Source: an uncultured Leptospirales bacterium (GTDB lineage: Bacteria > Spirochaetota > UBA4802 > UBA5550). From it: DNA of 64,000 bases. The notes below the pieces were generated by a model that saw nothing but the letters and a program-made list of their open reading frames with translations, was not told the origin of the DNA and did not search any database. Numbering within the stretch: position 1 is the first letter of the stretch; each line of letters begins with the position of its first letter. Positions 20,499 through 30,629 of the stretch are shown in pieces. The stretch lies in the NCBI GenBank assembly GCA_964491265.1, contig CAZBFP010000015.1, positions 16,604 to 80,603 of the forward strand. Reading direction: 5' to 3'. The translations under genes were made by a program, and so were the position numbers.

Positions 20499-21005
20499 AT
20501 GAAGCCTTATAAAACCGATGAAAAAATGGAAAAAATACTGGAAGTACTCTCCGGTAACGGGAAGGCCGGCGAGAGTGAGATTGCACTTCAGACAGGTATC
20601 CCTGTTGATGAAGTTGCTGAATATATCAAAAGGCTTGAACGGGATAAGATAATTCTGGGGTATAGGACTATTGTCAACTGGCAGAGGGTTAAGAGTGATG
20701 AGGTAAAGGCTCTTATTGAAGTAAAGGTAATGCCTGAGAGGAAAGTCGGTTTTGATGCTGTTGCTGAAACAATATACAGGTACCCGGAAGTGACATCTGT
20801 ATTTTTAATATCAGGGAGATACGATCTCCTGGTGCAGGTTGATGGAAAGAATCTGCGGGAAGTGGCTCAGTTTGTATCGGAAAAACTGGCAACAATTCAT
20901 GGAGTTCAGTCAACAGTTACCCATTTCCTTCTTAAAAAGTATAAAGAGGATGGAATCATTCTTGTTGAAACCGCTGATTCAAAGAGACTCCCGGTAACCC
21001 CATGA
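20499..21005 (+). CDS. Lrp/AsnC family regulator (YugG/AlaR-like)
   Basis: N-terminal HTH, IILGY, GFDAVAETIYRYPEV, SGRYDL, THFLLKKYK. Confidence 0.9.
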   Translation: MKPYKTDEKMEKILEVLSGNGKAGESEIALQTGIPVDEVAEYIKRLERDKIILGYRTIVNWQRVKSDEVKALIEVKVMPERKVGFDAVAETIYRYPEVTSVFLISGRYDLLVQVDGKNLREVAQFVSEKLATIHGVQSTVTHFLLKKYKEDGIILVETADSKRLPVTP

Positions 21006-21730
21006 TGACAGACCCGGCAGCGCTTTACCGGCTGCTGAAGAAAAATTACGGCCCCCAGGGGTGGTGGCCTCTTTTCAGTGTTGAAACCGGTTTAAGCTGT
21101 TATGGCGTAATAAAGAATAAGCCCTGCTATGACGAAATGTTTGAAATTATTACAGGTGCAATACTTACTCAGGGTGTTGCCTGGACTAATGTTGAAAAGG
21201 CTATTCATAATCTTAAAAGAGCCGGTATGCTTAATCCCGGTAAAATTAAAGATACCCCTGTTTCAATAATTGCTGATAAGATAAAACCCTCCGGATATTT
21301 TAATCAGAAAGCAATAAAGCTAAAGAATTTTATAGAGTGGTTTGAAAGAAAGGATTTTTCTTTTGAAGAGATACTTAAAGGGAAGACCCTTCAGATCAGA
21401 AAGGATCTTCTCAGCATTAAAGGGATAGGCCCGGAAACTGCGGATTCAATACTTCTTTATGCCTTTAATCGTAAAATTTTTGTTGTAGATGCTTATACAA
21501 AGAGAATATTTTCCAGGCTTGGGCAGATAAATTCTGAAAGCAGCTATGATGATGTGCAGAGATTTTTCCATTCCACTATGCAGGGAAGCGTAAAAGCATA
21601 TAATGAGTATCATGCCTTAATCGTTGCTCACGGGAAAGATTTCTGCAAATCAGAGCCTCTTTGTGCCCGATGCTGTATCAATGACTTCTGTTTATATTAC
21701 TCTTCAATTCATTCTCCCTCTGGAGAATAA
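21002..21730 (+). CDS. Endonuclease III-related HhH-GPD protein with 4Fe-4S motif
   Basis: GPQGWWP, GAILTQ, KGIGPETADSI, VVDAYT, Cx6Cx2Cx5C. Confidence 0.9.
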   Translation: MMTDPAALYRLLKKNYGPQGWWPLFSVETGLSCYGVIKNKPCYDEMFEIITGAILTQGVAWTNVEKAIHNLKRAGMLNPGKIKDTPVSIIADKIKPSGYFNQKAIKLKNFIEWFERKDFSFEEILKGKTLQIRKDLLSIKGIGPETADSILLYAFNRKIFVVDAYTKRIFSRLGQINSESSYDDVQRFFHSTMQGSVKAYNEYHALIVAHGKDFCKSEPLCARCCINDFCLYYSSIHSPSGE

Positions 21731-21829
21731 AACCGGGTTTAATTCTCCCTCCTTTAAACAACCGGATTTTGTTTATACTAACATTTTAATCTTGACTTTC
21801 TGTTTTTTTTGTGTAAATAATATATTTTA

Positions 21830-21952
21830 GCTGTGTTAATTCCATAATTTATATTTTAACTAAAATGCTTCATTGTCCGAGCCGCCTTAGACGGCGGGGA
21901 TAACGGTAAAAGCATTGTAACACTAAAAGATATATCCGGTAACCGGATATGA
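21830..21952 (-). mobile_element. Family A MITE-like element (reverse, diverged)
   Basis: GTGTTAATTCC...AAAATGCT...GCCG-CGGC GGGGATA...AGCATT...CACTAAAAGATAT; 123 bp; no clear TSD. Confidence 0.65.
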
Positions 21953-21976
21953 GGTATTTCCAGAGGAGTCCTGCTT

Positions 21977-23608
21977 ATGCATAATCGAGAAAAACTTACT
22001 TCAATGAAGGAATGGAATAAGCTTGTTTCCCATTATTCAGAAATTAAAAATAAACATCTGAGGCAGCTCTTTGAAAATGATCCTCAGCGTGGAGAGCGTT
22101 TTACAGTAGAGGATGAATCGCTGTATTTTGACTATTCGAAAAATCTGGTTACAGAAGAAACAATGAAGCTTCTTTTCGATCTTGCGGAAAAATGTGATCT
22201 TAAAAACGAAATTGAAAGGATGTTTACCGGGGAAAAAATTAATGGAACAGAAAACAGGGCAGTTCTGCATACTGTTTTGAGAAATACCAGCGATGCTTCG
22301 TTTATTCTGGAAGGGAGAGATATTCTTCAGGATGTGCGAAACGAGCTTGATAAGATGAAGCCTGTGGCGGAATTAATACGCGATTTAAAGTGGTCCGGTT
22401 TTTCCGGGAAAGCAATCAGGAATATTATTAATATTGGTATCGGCGGGTCAGATCTGGGTCCGGTGATGGTATGTGAAGCCCTTAAAGCTTTTTCACATCC
22501 AAAATTGAATATCCGGTTTGTTTCCAATGTTGACGGGACCCATATGGCAGAAGCCCTTGAAGGTCTTGATCCTGAGGAGACCCTTTTTATTGTTGCTTCG
22601 AAAACATTTACTACAATGGAGACCATGACTAATGCTCTTACAGCAAAAAAATGGCTGCTCAATAGTGCGAGTGATGAAAAGGCTGTAGAGCGTCATTTTA
22701 TTGCGCTTTCAACAAACCGTGAAGCAGTTATTAAATTCGGCATCAATCCTGATAATATGTTCCAGTTCTGGGACTGGGTAGGGGGAAGGTATTCTCTTAC
22801 ATCAGCAATCGGGCTTTCAATTATGATAGCAATAGAATACAGCCGGTTTATGGAGCTGCTTAATGGTTTCCATGCTATGGATAAGCATTTCAGGAATCAG
22901 CCTTTTGACAGGAACATTCCGGTGATTATGGCGCTCCTTGGGATATGGTATAATAATTTTTTCGGTTACGAAACATTTGCGGTTCTCCCATATGAACAGT
23001 ATCTTCACCGTTTCCCCGCATATCTTCAGCAGGGGGATATGGAGTCTAATGGTAAATGCATTACCAGAGGGGGTGTCAGGGTAGATTACCAGACAGGACC
23101 GGTAATCTGGGGTGAGCCGGGAACAAACGGGCAGCACGCATTTTTTCAGCTAATGCATCAGGGGACTAAAATTATACCATGCGATCTGATTGGTTTTGCC
23201 AACCCCCTTAAAGGTGACCGTGATCATCATAACAAGCTTCTTGCAAATATGATTGCCCAGGCTGAAGCCTTTGCTTTCGGCAAAACAGCTGAAGAGGTCA
23301 GAGGTGAAGGGGTTGAGGAGCATCTAATACCGTATAAAACATTTGAAGGTAACCGCCCTTCCACTGTTCTGCTTTCTCCGCTTCTCAACCCGGAAACTCT
23401 GGGGAAGATTATTGCGGTTTATGAGCATAAAATTTTTGTGCAGGGTATTATTTGGGATATCTTCTCCTTTGATCAGTGGGGTGTGGAACTTGGTAAAGTC
23501 CTTGCCGGAAAAGTATTAAAGGATATTGAAGTTGACGCGGCAGAGAAGGGACATGATTCCTCAACGGAGAGACTTATAAAGTATTGCAGGAGTAATAAAA
23601 TTGAATAA
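21977..23608 (+). CDS. pgi: Glucose-6-phosphate isomerase
   Basis: [44 protein letters not shown]. Confidence 0.98.
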   Translation: MHNREKLTSMKEWNKLVSHYSEIKNKHLRQLFENDPQRGERFTVEDESLYFDYSKNLVTEETMKLLFDLAEKCDLKNEIERMFTGEKINGTENRAVLHTVLRNTSDASFILEGRDILQDVRNELDKMKPVAELIRDLKWSGFSGKAIRNIINIGIGGSDLGPVMVCEALKAFSHPKLNIRFVSNVDGTHMAEALEGLDPEETLFIVASKTFTTMETMTNALTAKKWLLNSASDEKAVERHFIALSTNREAVIKFGINPDNMFQFWDWVGGRYSLTSAIGLSIMIAIEYSRFMELLNGFHAMDKHFRNQPFDRNIPVIMALLGIWYNNFFGYETFAVLPYEQYLHRFPAYLQQGDMESNGKCITRGGVRVDYQTGPVIWGEPGTNGQHAFFQLMHQGTKIIPCDLIGFANPLKGDRDHHNKLLANMIAQAEAFAFGKTAEEVRGEGVEEHLIPYKTFEGNRPSTVLLSPLLNPETLGKIIAVYEHKIFVQGIIWDIFSFDQWGVELGKVLAGKVLKDIEVDAAEKGHDSSTERLIKYCRSNKIE

Positions 23609-24524
23609 CGGTATAGATATATATTCCGGGAAAAAAGATGATTTATCAGAGATGATGCTGAAATTCCGGATAATAAAGCAGGAGGCTGATCATGTTCGTG
23701 AAAAGGACAAAGTTTTAATCCGTGACCTTTTCCGGAGTTTCAGCCCCAGGGATATACTTCTTGGAATAGGTTTTCAGAGGGCATACGGTTCCCTTCTTTC
23801 AGGAGATTACTTCGATCTTTTCAGGCTTGCTGACAGGCATTTTATGTTTGTTTTTTCCGATATCAGCGGGCATGGGCTTCCCGCCTATACAACGCTTATC
23901 AGGCTCAGGTCTGCAATTATTCTTGCTGTTAAGGAGATGCAGAGTATTCACGCAAGAACCGGGATTATTGATTATCCCTATCTGGTAAAAAGCATATCTG
24001 CCAAATTTACCGATATTATGGATCACTCCAACTCCAATGATTTTGCCTCGGTAAATTTTGTTTTTCTTCAGGAGAGCGGGGGCCGAATTAACTTAAGGTT
24101 TTTTAACCGCAGTATGCTTTTCCCTATTGTTTTAAGAAAGGAGGGAGATGGGGCTGTTGTTTTTAACCTGAATAATGAGTTTGACGGGTGGACCCCCTGT
24201 AAAGGATATCTCCTAGGGAGCGATATTAAGTATCTCACTGGTGATGATGAGTATTATTATACACCTGAGTGTATTTTTGAAATACATCAGGGTGATAAGA
24301 TATTGTTCTATACTGACGGAATCACAGAGGCATTTGACTGTGAGACCGCAATAAATCAGTATGGAGAGGTGAGGCTGGAGCAGAAGCTTCTTGAAATGAA
24401 GGATCTCCCCCCCCAGCTTATTGTTAATAATATTTTTGATTCGGTTTATGAATTCATAGGCAACCATGAAAATCAGAAAGATGATATGACTGCTGTTATT
24501 GTAGATTTTCCCCTTAAGGGATAG
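23601..24524 (+). CDS. SpoIIE/RsbU-like PP2C protein phosphatase
   Basis: [24 protein letters not shown]. Confidence 0.88.
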   Translation: MNNGIDIYSGKKDDLSEMMLKFRIIKQEADHVREKDKVLIRDLFRSFSPRDILLGIGFQRAYGSLLSGDYFDLFRLADRHFMFVFSDISGHGLPAYTTLIRLRSAIILAVKEMQSIHARTGIIDYPYLVKSISAKFTDIMDHSNSNDFASVNFVFLQESGGRINLRFFNRSMLFPIVLRKEGDGAVVFNLNNEFDGWTPCKGYLLGSDIKYLTGDDEYYYTPECIFEIHQGDKILFYTDGITEAFDCETAINQYGEVRLEQKLLEMKDLPPQLIVNNIFDSVYEFIGNHENQKDDMTAVIVDFPLKG

Positions 24525-24642
24525 TCCCCCCATGTTTCATTCCTGAATAAAATGAAATAAATAATATTTCCGCATAATTCCTTATTGACGTTTTGTTCTC
24601 CATTGCATTATTGAGTGGAATAAACGTTTGTTTTCACATTTA

Positions 24643-24886
24643 CCGGAGGTAGCCCCCTGTCCCCCAAAGGGGGCACGTAATAAGAAACATTGGCGCATGT
24701 TGAATTCCTGCCGAATATTGGAATTCAAACATTGCAAATTAAAGATGAAAAAATATTAAATGATAATGAAATTAAAGAAACATTAAAATAAAATTATCAA
24801 GGTGATAAATAGATTAACTCGTGCCCCCTTTGGGGGACAGGGGGCTGAAGGATTTACTTTTTATCCTGACATTCCGGGAAGGGCTT
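24643..24886 (+). repeat. Family C inverted-repeat element, copy 1
   Basis: Perfect 27-bp inverted repeat at 24651-24677 and 24820-24846 (AGCCCCCTGTCCCCCAAAGGGGGCACG); internal and distal segments shared with 61523-61804. Confidence 0.85.
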
Positions 24887-24914
24887 TATTTTATTTTTTA
24901 CTATGGGAGGGGCA

Positions 24915-26258
24915 ATGGAAAAAATTCTTGCGAAAGTAAACAGGCTGATAATGCATCATGATCAGATTTCTCCTGAAATTATTAAAGAAAAAAATGTTAA
25001 ACTAGGGCTCCGCAATGCGGATGGAACAGGTGTTGTGGTGGGAATTACCACCAAGGGGAGGGTTATAGGCTATGATCTTCTCGATAACGGCAAGGGTGAG
25101 AAGGTGGTAACCCCGGTTGATGGCAGGCTTTATTATTGCGGATATGATGTAAGTGAAATTGTTAATACAAATAATGAAAATAAACGTCTCGGTTTTGAAG
25201 AGGTTGCATATCTTCTTATTACCGGGGAGCTTCCCGATAAAGCTGATTATGAAAAGTTCTCCATGGAGCTGAGAAAGAGGGCAAAGCTTTCCAATCTGGA
25301 GAGAGATATAATCTTAGAGGAAGTTGAAAATTCAAACCAGATGTATGCTCTCCACAGTGTTATTTCTCATCTTGGAAGATGTGACAGGAATCCGGATGCT
25401 AAAGATATGTTTGATGTGAGTAATCAGTGTATCAATCTTATCGCCAAAGCGCCAATTGTAGTTGCTCACAATTATAATGTTTACAGATACCGCAAAGGTG
25501 AGGATTTGAGGCTTGTACGCCCGAAGGAGACACTTTCCCTTGCTGAAAATTTTCTATATATGTTAAGAGGGGAAATCCCCGATCGGGATGAGGCTCTTAT
25601 GCTCGATTCATGTATGATTATGCATGCTGAGCATGGCGGGGGGAATAACTCCACCTTCACTGTAAGGACTGTGTCATCCAGCGGTGCCAATACTTATATG
25701 GCAATTGCCGCAGGTGTTGCTTCACTCAGCGGTCAGTTCCATGGAGGAGCAAATGAATCTGTTATGGCGATGATGAAGGCTTGCCAGAAAGATGTTAAGG
25801 ATTGGGGGAACAGGAAGCAGATAAGGAGATTTCTTGAAAATATTCTGGATGGGGAAAGCGCTTACGGCAATGGTAAAATTTTCGGTATCGGCCATGCGGT
25901 ATATACTCTTTCTGATCCCAGGGCTGTTATTTTAAAAGAATACGCCAGAAAACTTGCAGAGAAGAATAACAAGCTGGATCTGTTTTATCTTTTTGAGTCT
26001 GTTGAAACAATAGCCAGAGAGATTCTTTTTGAGAGAAAGGGGAAGCAGGTTTGCGTAAATGTGGACTTTTATTCCGGCCTTGTTTATAAATTTCTGGGTA
26101 TTCCTGAGATTATCTACACCCCGATTTTTGCCATGTCAAGAATTGCAGGATGGTCTGCTCACAGACTTGAGCAGATTATACAGGGAAAAATAATAAGGCC
26201 TGCTTATATATCTCCCCATTATGAGATGCTTAGTTACAGGGATATAAATGACAGGTAG
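24915..26258 (+). CDS. gltA: Citrate synthase
   Basis: GLRNADGTGV, HAEHGGGNNST, HGGAN, GIGHAVY, DPRA, NVDFYSG, RIAGW. Confidence 0.93.
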   Translation: MEKILAKVNRLIMHHDQISPEIIKEKNVKLGLRNADGTGVVVGITTKGRVIGYDLLDNGKGEKVVTPVDGRLYYCGYDVSEIVNTNNENKRLGFEEVAYLLITGELPDKADYEKFSMELRKRAKLSNLERDIILEEVENSNQMYALHSVISHLGRCDRNPDAKDMFDVSNQCINLIAKAPIVVAHNYNVYRYRKGEDLRLVRPKETLSLAENFLYMLRGEIPDRDEALMLDSCMIMHAEHGGGNNSTFTVRTVSSSGANTYMAIAAGVASLSGQFHGGANESVMAMMKACQKDVKDWGNRKQIRRFLENILDGESAYGNGKIFGIGHAVYTLSDPRAVILKEYARKLAEKNNKLDLFYLFESVETIAREILFERKGKQVCVNVDFYSGLVYKFLGIPEIIYTPIFAMSRIAGWSAHRLEQIIQGKIIRPAYISPHYEMLSYRDINDR

Positions 26259-26275
26259 TCTGAATTTAATATAAT

Positions 26276-26307
26276 AAAAAAAGGCGGGAATTATTCCCGC
26301 CTTTTTT
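26276..26307. terminator. Bidirectional intrinsic terminator
   Basis: A7-GGCGGGAA-TTA-TTCCCGCC-T6 between convergent genes. Confidence 0.9.
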
Positions 26308-26326
26308 AGTGTAAATGTTTCTCTAT

Positions 26327-27109
26327 TTAGCTTGGCATTGAAGTGAAAACTCCCCTCGGGTCAACCTCATTTCTGAGAATATCAATAACCTCTTTGGTCG
26401 GAACCGGGGTTACCGGCAGCTCACCTGCGGGCTTGAGCAGTTCAAAGCCTGATGCAAGCTGTGCAAGTTCAGGGGAAACTCCCGGATGAAGTGACTGGAT
26501 TCTCATCCTTTTTGATTCAGGGTCAAAATCATAAACACCTGCTGAAGTGATTACAGCTTTAGGTCCGCGCCCAACAAGGCCTGCTTCTTTACGGCTGTTT
26601 CCGCCTGTCAGGTGGCCTACTGATGTTATGAAATCAACATTTTTTACAAATTTTTGAGGACTCTGCAGTCCTACAAGTATAAGATTTTTTGATAGTGAGG
26701 CAAGGTCATTGTTCCCGCCCGATCCTGTAAGTCTGTTTTTATAGTTATGGAAATCTGATCCTATCATGTGAGTATTCACATTACCATACATATCAATCTG
26801 TCCATAGCCAAGGAAAGCTTTGTCAACATAGCCATTGGCAAGCTGTCCGAATGAATAGGGCATTTCAAGAATTAGTGGAGATTTTCTCCATGTGTATGGC
26901 CCGGCAACTGACCATGGCATATCTCCCAATATGGGGTTTTGTGCACCTGATTCATAAACCATGGTAATATTAGGAGCATGGGTCTTCTTTGCAAGTATAC
27001 CCGCAACCATGGGGAGACCTGTTCCGATATATACGACTTCGCCGTCTTCAATTTGGTTTGCAAGAACATAGGCGATCATTTCTAGTGGATTGGCTGGTTT
27101 AGCAGTCAT
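26327..27109 (-). CDS. Family I CoA-transferase beta subunit (GctB-like)
   Basis: GTGLP, catalytic-Glu motif YESG, GQIDMYGNVN, GSGGNND, SLHPGV. Confidence 0.9.
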   Translation of the reverse strand: MTAKPANPLEMIAYVLANQIEDGEVVYIGTGLPMVAGILAKKTHAPNITMVYESGAQNPILGDMPWSVAGPYTWRKSPLILEMPYSFGQLANGYVDKAFLGYGQIDMYGNVNTHMIGSDFHNYKNRLTGSGGNNDLASLSKNLILVGLQSPQKFVKNVDFITSVGHLTGGNSRKEAGLVGRGPKAVITSAGVYDFDPESKRMRIQSLHPGVSPELAQLASGFELLKPAGELPVTPVPTKEVIDILRNEVDPRGVFTSMPS

Positions 27110-27127
27110 TTTTTCCTCCAATATATG

Positions 27128-28246
27128 TTATTTATAATCTTTAATATCATCGAAATCAGTAGCGTTTCTTGTCCATTCTTCATAGCCGAAGTCAACACCT
27201 TCATCTTCATTGTCATATTCTTCAGCTTTGGTAAGTCTTTTAGCATCAACCATCCATTTAGAACCGCCAAGGACTTTGTCAATGATATCATACTGATCTT
27301 TGCACTGAACAACGAACAGGTCGTAAAATTCATCAATTGCACCCTCTTCGAAAGCCCAGTATCTCATGATTTTTTCCCAGAGTTTTCTTGGCCAGTAGTA
27401 GAGACCCGGCATTGCTCCAACAAGTGCACCGTAGGGTAATTCAACAACAGCGTCAGAATACATGAAAGGTATTACGACCCCTTTGTTGTCGTTCCTCAGT
27501 GTGTTAGGAGGTACAATTTCTTCAGCTGTAATAATTAATTTTCTTGTAGCAGCTGCAATGGCAACATCGTTTACAAGAGGTCCGTAAATTTTAGCATTTC
27601 CGAATTTATCCGCCTGATGAACATGGATAATTGAAACATCGGGATAGAGAGCTGGAATGAAAACGCAGGGATCTTTTTCAGTTTTCATCGGGTTGTCGAG
27701 GACTTTGATGAACGGGTTGTATTTCACCAGGTCTGAGCCAAGGAGCTGTTTGGAATAAACACCTGGCAGGCCAAGCTGTGCAGCTTTAAAACCGAGAGCC
27801 ATAGATCCATGACCCCACTCAGCTAATATCTTGGTTTTCCCGGCTTTTACCGCCCTTGACATGTTTCTGTCTGTTCCTCTCATCTCTGCTCCGCAATAGG
27901 ACCAGTGAGTATGAGTAACAGTGCCGAAAGGGATCAGGTAACTCTGGTTTGTTGCAGGTGAACCGATACTTGTGAGGCCTTTAATCCCCTGGCGTAATAT
28001 CTCAAAGTAGGCAATTATCGGTGTTCGAACATAACTGAAACCGGTATCAGTCAGTATGTCACCATCTTTGACATATTCTGCGATTGCTTCTTTGAGAGAA
28101 ATCCTTTTGTCGATAGCCGCATGGTTTTTCTTCTCATGCGCCTCTCTTGCTGAGTCGTAATCGATCAGGCGATCAAGACGAGGTATGTCTTTCTCGTCAA
28201 GCCTGAGATTAGCGAGAACCTCTTTGTTGTAGTTGAATTTTCCCAT
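27128..28246 (-). CDS. Family I CoA-transferase alpha subunit (GctA-like)
   Basis: SLKEAIAEYVKDGD, GFKAAQLGLP, PALYPDVSIIHVHQADKFGN, TAEEIV. Confidence 0.9.
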   Translation of the reverse strand: MGKFNYNKEVLANLRLDEKDIPRLDRLIDYDSAREAHEKKNHAAIDKRISLKEAIAEYVKDGDILTDTGFSYVRTPIIAYFEILRQGIKGLTSIGSPATNQSYLIPFGTVTHTHWSYCGAEMRGTDRNMSRAVKAGKTKILAEWGHGSMALGFKAAQLGLPGVYSKQLLGSDLVKYNPFIKVLDNPMKTEKDPCVFIPALYPDVSIIHVHQADKFGNAKIYGPLVNDVAIAAATRKLIITAEEIVPPNTLRNDNKGVVIPFMYSDAVVELPYGALVGAMPGLYYWPRKLWEKIMRYWAFEEGAIDEFYDLFVVQCKDQYDIIDKVLGGSKWMVDAKRLTKAEEYDNEDEGVDFGYEEWTRNATDFDDIKDYK

Positions 28247-28450
28247 TACTTCCTCCTTCAAATGGTTGTGGTAAACAGGTTTATATAGTTTTAATTGAAA
28301 AAATCCGGCAATCCGACCGGACGTTTTTATGTGTACATAAGCATAGTTTTTAAGTAAATAATTTTTTTTATTTATTTTGGCATAAATTGTTTTTTTTTGT
28401 GTTTATTCAGTTCTTAGCAGTAAAAATTGAAGGAATTATTAGATATGGAT

Positions 28451-28497
28451 AAAAAAAAACTCATATTTCAGTATGATCAACATTCTGAAATATGAGT
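28451..28497 (-). terminator. Intrinsic terminator in the CoA-transferase upstream region
   Basis: 13-bp stem ACTCATATTTCAG/CTGAAATATGAGT followed by a long T-run on the minus strand. Confidence 0.75.
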
Positions 28498-28939
28498 CAG
28501 TAAAGTAATTGTGTAAAGGAGTTCGAATGATCCGGTAAAATCCTATGGATTCTATGCCGGATCTTCAGTTTTCAGGTTAGTTGTCAGGTTTGCGAACCTC
28601 TCTGCGCATATGCCTGCAAAAAACTGAGGGGGATTTTAATTACATCCAGAATTATTACCGTATAATATCTGAAGTGTCACTATGATTTTTTATGAGAGGA
28701 GAAACTGCATATATATTTGAAATGGCAAGATTCACCATTTCCATTACGCTTTATACAATTGCAGACCATTGATAACAAAAAATCCCACCTGCTGAAGCTA
28801 ATACTGATTGGAATTTTTTGCAATAGCGTAATTTTTTTTTTAAATTAGAGTTATTGTTAAATTATAGTAGTATTTATTACTATAATTTATATGCAGAGAT
28901 TGGCGAATTATATTTTACTCCGCTCAGATTATCTGATGT

Positions 28940-29713
28940 TCAAGTCTCCCCATTGAGCCTTTTGAGATAATCGATAAACCGGTTGCTGCCGTTCAATTTT
29001 TTCCCTGATGAATAAAATTCTATTGAGCCGCGAATTTTATTATTACCTTCTGCATGAGGTTTGTTTAGAATGTACTGGAGTCTTTTCACTGTACCTGAAT
29101 TACCGTCAATGATAGAGGTTCCTGCCGGGAAAATCTGTTTAAAGTAATCTTTATAGAATGGGAAGTGTGTACACCCCAGAACCAGGGTACTGCAATTTTC
29201 AAGGTTCTGGCTGCTGAACTGATCTTTCAGGTAGGGTATTATTATATCTTTATCAAAAATATCATTTTCACAGAATTCAACAAGGCGTGATAATGGTATT
29301 GAGTCTACAATATGATCCTTGTCCAGTTTCGAAACAAGATCTTTGAAACGCTCCTCTTTAAGGGTAAGGGGGGTTGCTGCTACAAAGATTCTTTTTTCTC
29401 TGCCATTCAATTCAACCGCTGGTTTTACAGCTGGTTCCATCCCTATTATGGGGAAATCATATTTTTCACGCAGATCTTTTATGGCAATGCTTGTGGCAGT
29501 ATTACAGGCTATTACAAGTGCTTTAATCCCCATTCGGGAAATCTCATTAGCTGCTTGAAAAATCAGCTCCCGTACCGAATCCCTGGTTTTTATACCGTAT
29601 GGAGCGTTTTCAGTGTCAGCATAATATATATAATTTTCATCAGGCATCTGCTGTAAAGCCTCATTAAGAACAGTGAGCCCCCCCACACCTGAATCGAAAA
29701 AAGCGATCTTCAT
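28940..29713 (-). CDS. murI: Glutamate racemase
   Basis: FDSGVGGLTV, PYG, ACNTAT, LGCTHFP. Confidence 0.97.
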   Translation of the reverse strand: MKIAFFDSGVGGLTVLNEALQQMPDENYIYYADTENAPYGIKTRDSVRELIFQAANEISRMGIKALVIACNTATSIAIKDLREKYDFPIIGMEPAVKPAVELNGREKRIFVAATPLTLKEERFKDLVSKLDKDHIVDSIPLSRLVEFCENDIFDKDIIIPYLKDQFSSQNLENCSTLVLGCTHFPFYKDYFKQIFPAGTSIIDGNSGTVKRLQYILNKPHAEGNNKIRGSIEFYSSGKKLNGSNRFIDYLKRLNGET

Positions 29714-29751
29714 ATCTGTAATTTCCCTTCAATAAAATGTTATAATAAATA

Positions 29752-29875
29752 TCAGTATTAATTCCCTGAATGTAATTTCAAATATAATGTTCTAATATCC
29801 CCGCCGCGAAGGCGGCAGGGATATTAGAAAAATAGCGATAATACACTGAAGTATATATTCAGGAACAATTATTAA
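29752..29875 (-). mobile_element. Family A MITE-like element (reverse)
   Basis: TCAGTATTAATTCC...CAGGAACAATTATTAA; hairpin TTCTAATATCCC-GCCG..CGGC-GGGATATTAGAA; flanking TAAATA duplicated. Confidence 0.8.
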
Positions 29876-29952
29876 TAAATATACTCCATCTAAAGGGGGT
29901 TATTTTTAAAGCAAATTTTTTTTATATCAGTTAAATGCTTTGATGATTATTT

Positions 29953-30318
29953 TTAAGAAGTCTGCATGAGCCACTGCAGTGCATCTTCAAAAGAGAAGAA
30001 GAGCCTGGAATCAATACCCTTATTCCCTGCCACAAGACCTACAAACCCGTCAGCCCTTTCAACCTCATTATCCAGGTAAGCCCATTTTATAGTATGGATA
30101 TTTTCTACTGATCTAATCTCTGCAAGTTCATATTTTTCCAGAAGTGTGAGGGAGCCTGTGCTCTTTCTTACATCAATGAGGACTTTTCTAATATTATGAT
30201 TCCGGCATTCGATCGCAAGTTTTCTGATAAGCTCTTTAAAAAGCTTGAGGGATTGTCTGCAATTAATTTCGAGAAGAATATAGTTTTCTTCCACTTTTAT
30301 TTCATAATTATTTTTCAT
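29953..30318 (-). CDS. Hypothetical protein, SpoIIAA/STAS-like fold probable
   Basis: KVLIDVR...RLFFSFEDALQWL pattern typical of SpoIIAA-like proteins. Confidence 0.6.
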   Translation of the reverse strand: MKNNYEIKVEENYILLEINCRQSLKLFKELIRKLAIECRNHNIRKVLIDVRKSTGSLTLLEKYELAEIRSVENIHTIKWAYLDNEVERADGFVGLVAGNKGIDSRLFFSFEDALQWLMQTS

Positions 30319-30496
30319 GTAGAATGCTCACCATTTACTATTGTATCTTTAAATAAAAATCATGATTACAGGAGTTGTGTTGAAATTAAAACCTTGCAGC
30401 ATTGTTTTAAAAAGATTTTTACCTGTATCTCTTAAATAGATAATAAGCAGAATAGAATAATAATCCAGAATTATTTCATAATTAATGTAAATTTTT

Positions 30497-30615
30497 TCAG
30501 TAATTATTCCTGAAGATATCTTCTAGTGCAATAATGCTGTTCCCGATATCCCCGCCGTTTTCGGCGGGGATATTGGAGCATTTTATTTCAAAAAAAGTTT
30601 AGGAATTAACACTGA
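30497..30615 (+). mobile_element. Family A MITE-like element
   Basis: TCAGTAATTATTCCTG...AGGAATTAACACTGA; perfect hairpin ATATCCCCGCCG-TTTT-CGGCGGGGATAT; exact flanks AATTTTT/AATTTTT. Confidence 0.88.
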
Positions 30616-30629
30616 AATTTTTTAAATGT

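Noticed and set aside
28575-28620. c-di-GMP-I riboswitch resemblance (GGCATA...CGCAAA...CTAA on the minus strand)
   Set aside because: The segment that should form the P2 stem with a GNRA loop does not pair.
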